64,000 nucleotides of DNA, from the sequence record NC_054933.1; one strand, written 5' to 3'. Position numbers and translations under genes: made by a program. Shown here in pieces: positions 59,710 through 64,000 of the stretch (position 1 is the stretch's first letter; each line of letters starts with the position of its first letter). The notes under the pieces were generated by a model. It made no database searches, had not been told where the DNA came from, and was given only the letters and a program-made list of their open reading frames with translations. This stretch comes from Escherichia phage teqhad.

Positions 59710-60804
59710 ATGGCAATTGTTAAAGAAATAACTGCTGATTTAATTAAAAAGTCCGGTGAGAAAATTTCAGCCGGACAGAGTACTAAATCAGAAGTAGGAA
59801 CTAAAACATACACAGCCCAGTTTCCAACTGGGCGTGCTAGTGGTAATGACACTACAGGGGACTTCCAGGTAACAGATCTATATAAGAATGGATTATTATT
59901 TACTGCATACAATATGTCATCTAGGGATTCTGGAAGTCTTAGATCGATGAGATCTAACTACTCTTCTTCATCTTCGAGTATTTTACGTACAGCCAGAAAC
60001 ACTATCAGTAATACAGTATCAAAACTGTCAAATGGATTAATATCAGATAATAATTCAGGAACAATAAGTAAAGCCCCTGTTGCAAATATTCTTTTACCAA
60101 GATCTAAATCCGATGTTGATACATCATCACATAGATTTAATGATGTTCAAGAAAGTCTTATCAGCAGAGGCGGAGGTACTGCTACTGGTGTGCTAAGTAA
60201 TATTGCTTCAACTGCAGTATTTGGGGCACTGGAAAGTATAACACAAGGTATAATGGCTGATAATAATGAACAGATTTATACGACAGCCAGAAGTATGTAT
60301 GGTGGTGCTGAAAATAGAACTAAAGTGTTTACATGGGATTTGACTCCACGTTCAACAGAAGATTTAATGGCTATTATTAATATCTATCAATATTTTAACT
60401 ATTTTTCTTATGGTGAAACGGGTAAATCTCAATATGCTGCTGAAATAAAGGGGTATTTAGATGATTGGTATCGTTCTACGTTAATTGAACCTTTATCTCC
60501 GGAAGACGCAGCTAAAAATAAAACACTATTTGAGAAAATGACATCGAGTTTAACTAACGTTCTAGTAGTTTCAAACCCGACAATTTGGATGGTGAAAAAC
60601 TTTGGTGCAACATCTAAGTTTGATGGAAAAACGGAAATATTTGGCCCATGCCAAATACAAAGCATCAGATTTGATAAAACACCTAATGGTAACTTTAACG
60701 GATTGGCTATTGCTCCAAACCTCCCTAGTACATTTACTCTTGAGATTACTATGAGAGAAATTATCACGTTAAACCGTGCTTCTTTATATGCGGGGACTTT
60801 TTAA
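59710..60804 (+). CDS. 48: baseplate tail-tube junction protein gp48
   Basis: 364 aa. Confidence 0.95.
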   Translation: MAIVKEITADLIKKSGEKISAGQSTKSEVGTKTYTAQFPTGRASGNDTTGDFQVTDLYKNGLLFTAYNMSSRDSGSLRSMRSNYSSSSSSILRTARNTISNTVSKLSNGLISDNNSGTISKAPVANILLPRSKSDVDTSSHRFNDVQESLISRGGGTATGVLSNIASTAVFGALESITQGIMADNNEQIYTTARSMYGGAENRTKVFTWDLTPRSTEDLMAIINIYQYFNYFSYGETGKSQYAAEIKGYLDDWYRSTLIEPLSPEDAAKNKTLFEKMTSSLTNVLVVSNPTIWMVKNFGATSKFDGKTEIFGPCQIQSIRFDKTPNGNFNGLAIAPNLPSTFTLEITMREIITLNRASLYAGTF

Positions 60805-61769
60805 TGTATTCTTTAGAGGAATTTAATAATCAAGCAATAAACGCAGATTTCCAACGTAATAATATGTTTAGCTGCGTTTTTGCGACAACTCCATCAACTA
60901 AAAGCTCTTCGTTGATAAGTTCAATTAGCAACTTTTCTTATAATAACTTGGGCCTAAATTCAGATTGGTTAGGATTGACTCAAGGTGATATTAATCAGGG
61001 AATTACCACGCTAATTACTGCTGGCACACAAAAACTGATAAGAAAATCAGGGGTTAGTAAATATCTTATTGGCGCTATGAGTCAACGTACAGTTCAAAGT
61101 TTATTAGGCTCATTTACAGTTGGTACATATTTAATTGACTTCTTTAACATGGCATATAACTCATCTGGATTGATGATATATTCTGTAAAAATGCCAGAGA
61201 ATAGATTATCCTATGAAACTGACTGGAACTATAACTCTCCTAATATTCGTATAACTGGAAGAGAATTAGACCCTTTGGTTATTTCATTTAGAATGGATTC
61301 AGAAGCTTGTAACTATCGTGCAATGCAAGACTGGGTTAACGCTGTTCAAGACCCAGTAACTGGATTGCGTGCTTTACCGCAAGATGTCGAGGCAGATATT
61401 CAGGTTAATCTTCATTCTCGTAATGGATTGCCTCATACTGCGGTGATGTTCACTGGATGCATTCCAATATCAGTGAGCGCTCCTGAGTTATCATATGATG
61501 GAGATAACCAAATAACTACATTTGACGTTACTTTTGCGTATAGAGTGATGCAGGCTGGAGCAGTTGATAGGCAAGCTGCGCTTGAATGGCTTGAATCTGC
61601 TGCTATAAATGGTATTCAAAGCGTTCTCGGAAATAGTGGAGGTGTTACTGGACTATCTAATTCGCTTTCACGACTCAGTAGATTAGGGGGAACTGCAGGA
61701 AGCATTTCAAACATTAATACTATGACAGGAATTGTCAATTCGCAAAGTAAAATATTAGGAGCAATATAA
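60804..61769 (+). CDS. 54: baseplate tail-tube initiator gp54
   Basis: 321 aa. Confidence 0.95.
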   Translation: MYSLEEFNNQAINADFQRNNMFSCVFATTPSTKSSSLISSISNFSYNNLGLNSDWLGLTQGDINQGITTLITAGTQKLIRKSGVSKYLIGAMSQRTVQSLLGSFTVGTYLIDFFNMAYNSSGLMIYSVKMPENRLSYETDWNYNSPNIRITGRELDPLVISFRMDSEACNYRAMQDWVNAVQDPVTGLRALPQDVEADIQVNLHSRNGLPHTAVMFTGCIPISVSAPELSYDGDNQITTFDVTFAYRVMQAGAVDRQAALEWLESAAINGIQSVLGNSGGVTGLSNSLSRLSRLGGTAGSISNINTMTGIVNSQSKILGAI

Positions 61770-61772
61770 CAA

Positions 61773-61796
61773 TGGGGACCTTTCGGTCCCCATATT
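61773..61796. terminator. bidirectional terminator between gene 54 (+) and alt.-1 (-)
   Basis: ggggacctttcggtcccc hairpin followed by atattttta. Confidence 0.65.
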
Positions 61797-61797
61797 T

Positions 61798-62088
61798 TTA
61801 TTTACGGAATGAAATAAAAGCAGCAACTGAAGCAACTAAACTGTCTTCAATATAAACCTCAATTTTTACCGGAGCTTCTGACTCAAATTTACCTGTTACT
61901 ATACCCTGAAAAATACTTTCAGTCTGTTCTGGCTTTGAAAAATTTTCAGAAGGAAAAATTCCGAACTTTTTATCTGTTCCAAAAATTTTAATAAATTCAT
62001 CGTAAACTGCTTCATTAAAAGCATTATCAGCAGGAATAACGCCTTCAACTACAAGTTCTTGACCTAAAAAGCGCAAAGAAGATTTCAT
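61798..62088 (-). CDS. hypothetical protein (alt.-1 position)
   Basis: 96 aa ORF. Confidence 0.55.
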   Translation of the reverse strand: MKSSLRFLGQELVVEGVIPADNAFNEAVYDEFIKIFGTDKKFGIFPSENFSKPEQTESIFQGIVTGKFESEAPVKIEVYIEDSLVASVAAFISFRK

Positions 62089-62148
62089 TTTGTGTTCCTC
62101 ATGTTATGCCAGTAAGACTACTATAACACAACACGAGGGACTTGTAAA

Positions 62149-64000
62149 CTACATTTTGAACTTTTTAGACATTCCGTTGATGTTAACCAAAGAAGCCAAG
62201 ATTTGAGAAACTTCGTTTTCCTCTTCTTTTGATTCTTCTACAAGGAATTGATTAAATCCAGCCATTGGACGAACTTCACCAGTTTCCATTAGATGGTCGC
62301 CATCATATACCGATTCCTCTAATTGTTCAGAAGGAGGAACGATTGTACCTTCTATTAGATACTTGTTATAAGCAGTTTCTTTCATAAAGTACGTGCTCAC
62401 TTTATTAATCTTCAGTAAAATTCCACGCGGTAGAATAACTTCAGCTTCTGATGGAAATCCTGATAAATGACCTGGAACGATAACTTTGATTCGCTCAGCT
62501 CCTTTAATTACCATACCCACGCTAGTTTCAGCATCTTCATTAGCATATGTAGAATGACTACCCATATGCATCAAATCTTCTGCATCAACGGAACCTTCTC
62601 CTTCGCCAGAAAATACTGCGCCGGAATCATCTAGAGCCATATAGTTTTTACCGTGCTCACCGAAAATATTTGGTTTAAGCGATGTGGATACGAAGTTCTT
62701 GAAATAGAACATTTTGTTTTCAATATTATGACGCAAAGTTTTAAAGGTAACTTCTTGTCCACGGTAAAGTGTAGTTCCTGGAGGAAGAACTGAACCTTTA
62801 GCGAATGCAGAATCAAGCGTCTCGATGTGTTTAATAGCTCGTTCCATATATTCTTCACGGGTAGAATCTGGTTTACCCAAAAGGAACGAGTTCATTTCAA
62901 CATATGAATCTGCACAATAATCTTCAATTACGTCAGATTCAGCCTGAGTTAATCCTTTTGGAGTTACTTCAGTACTTGCATATTCATATGCCTGAGCGGC
63001 AGATTCATTAATCAATTTATAAATGCCATTCATGACAAATTGAATAATAGCTGTCTTTTCATCTGGCGTAGCTTTAGAACCTTTAGCTAAATCATTGACA
63101 ATTTTCTTAATAACATCAAAACTATTAGAAATATTAATATCAGCAAGATCGCTTAAAATTTTATCAGTTTTATAATCAAAGAATTCTTTATTCTTTAAAT
63201 ATTCTTGAGAACCTTGATATGTTATATCGCTCTGCAGCTTGATAGATGGATCGCGTAAACGTGCATGGGCCAATGCAATATGATTTCGGAAGTTTTCTAG
63301 TTCATAATCGTTAGATTTAAAACGAGAAGCACTTCTCATACCACCGATAGCTCCTTTGCTAAAGTTTGAACCAATCTGAATAACGCCAGAGTTCATCGGA
63401 CCTTCTGCTTTATATACCGGAACTTTAGATTCAAACTCTTGATATTTCTTAGCAGCGAAGCTATCACCCTGAAGTGAAGCATCAACAGTAGAATATTGAG
63501 CTTGTGCTGCTAATCGACGACTAATTTTAGTTTTCTGAATAACAGCTTGATCCGTGCGCTTATCATTTTCTAAAGCAATAGAAGCAGCAACAGCGACAGC
63601 TTTAGGAACAGCATTACCTGTTTTAACGTCTACATAAACATCACCAACCTTTGATTCAACTTTTGTGAATAACTCAGTTGAAATAGGAGGTACACCTGGA
63701 ATGTCTTCTAAATTGGCATTTTTACGGTAAACCATAATATATGCATATTTCTTATCATAGTCCCAGATTTCCTTTAAAAGAACATATCGACCTGCTCCTT
63801 TAGTACGTACTAAACGGTCAGCAATAACTTGCATTTGACGAGCTGCGCCATTTGTTTTACTTTTTAGTACGCGGAATAGGCATGCGTCGATTTTATACTG
63901 TTTCATTGTTTGAAGAGCAGTATCAAAAACAGCATTAATGACGCCAATTGGATTTCCACCCAAGTTTCTAAGCTTGACTAACGATAATTTCTCGTTGACA
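62149..64000 (-). CDS. alt: Alt ADP-ribosyltransferase, C-terminal part (N-terminus lies beyond the window end)
   Basis: Over 600 aa in frame reaching the window edge; the track start is a non-ATG internal codon; position after gene 54 as in T4. Confidence 0.85.
   Translation of the reverse strand, partial: VNEKLSLVKLRNLGGNPIGVINAVFDTALQTMKQYKIDACLFRVLKSKTNGAARQMQVIADRLVRTKGAGRYVLLKEIWDYDKKYAYIMVYRKNANLEDIPGVPPISTELFTKVESKVGDVYVDVKTGNAVPKAVAVAASIALENDKRTDQAVIQKTKISRRLAAQAQYSTVDASLQGDSFAAKKYQEFESKVPVYKAEGPMNSGVIQIGSNFSKGAIGGMRSASRFKSNDYELENFRNHIALAHARLRDPSIKLQSDITYQGSQEYLKNKEFFDYKTDKILSDLADINISNSFDVIKKIVNDLAKGSKATPDEKTAIIQFVMNGIYKLINESAAQAYEYASTEVTPKGLTQAESDVIEDYCADSYVEMNSFLLGKPDSTREEYMERAIKHIETLDSAFAKGSVLPPGTTLYRGQEVTFKTLRHNIENKMFYFKNFVSTSLKPNIFGEHGKNYMALDDSGAVFSGEGEGSVDAEDLMHMGSHSTYANEDAETSVGMVIKGAERIKVIVPGHLSGFPSEAEVILPRGILLKINKVSTYFMKETAYNKYLIEGTIVPPSEQLEESVYDGDHLMETGEVRPMAGFNQFLVEESKEEENEVSQILASLVNINGMSKKFKM

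Overview
This window is a near-complete, T4-collinear stretch of a T-even (T4-like) coliphage genome, running from tk (truncated at the left edge) to alt (truncated at the right edge). The lysozyme differs from T4 e at only a few residues, and the structural gene lengths match T4 one for one, so this is a close relative rather than T4 itself. Three blocks are visible. (1) 1..16350, minus strand: early and accessory genes tk, small vs-region ORFs, a macro-domain protein, a secreted lytic transglycosylase, regB, a GrcA-like glycyl-radical cofactor, an internal-protein-like gene, denV, e, nudE, an array of overlapping membrane-protein genes, a coiled-coil protein, a second internal-protein-like gene, a tRNA cluster with about 10 tRNAs, an HNH endonuclease, an ipI-like gene, 57B (Acb1), 57A and gene 1. 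(2) 16359..48247: the late morphogenesis block, with 3, 2 and 4 on the minus strand and then the plus-strand genes 53, 5, 5.1, 5.4, 6-12, wac, 13-20, 67, 68, 21, 22, 23 and 24, with TATAAATA late promoters and hairpin terminators. (3) 48277..64000: rnlB, hoc, inh, uvsW, uvsY, baseplate hub and tail genes 25, 26, 51, 27, 28, 29, 48, 54, then alt. The seg homing endonucleases that sit at 5.1/5.4, 23/24, hoc/uvsW and in the tRNA cluster in T4 are absent; an HNH endonuclease sits beside the tRNAs instead. The most interesting material is in the accessory islands, not the structural core. All calls rest on reading the translations and sequence by eye; no searches were run. My base-level reading was unreliable in at least one place (near 53700), so small features carry a few bases of coordinate uncertainty, and the ORF track appears to accept TTG/GTG starts, so several true starts are probably internal ATGs.
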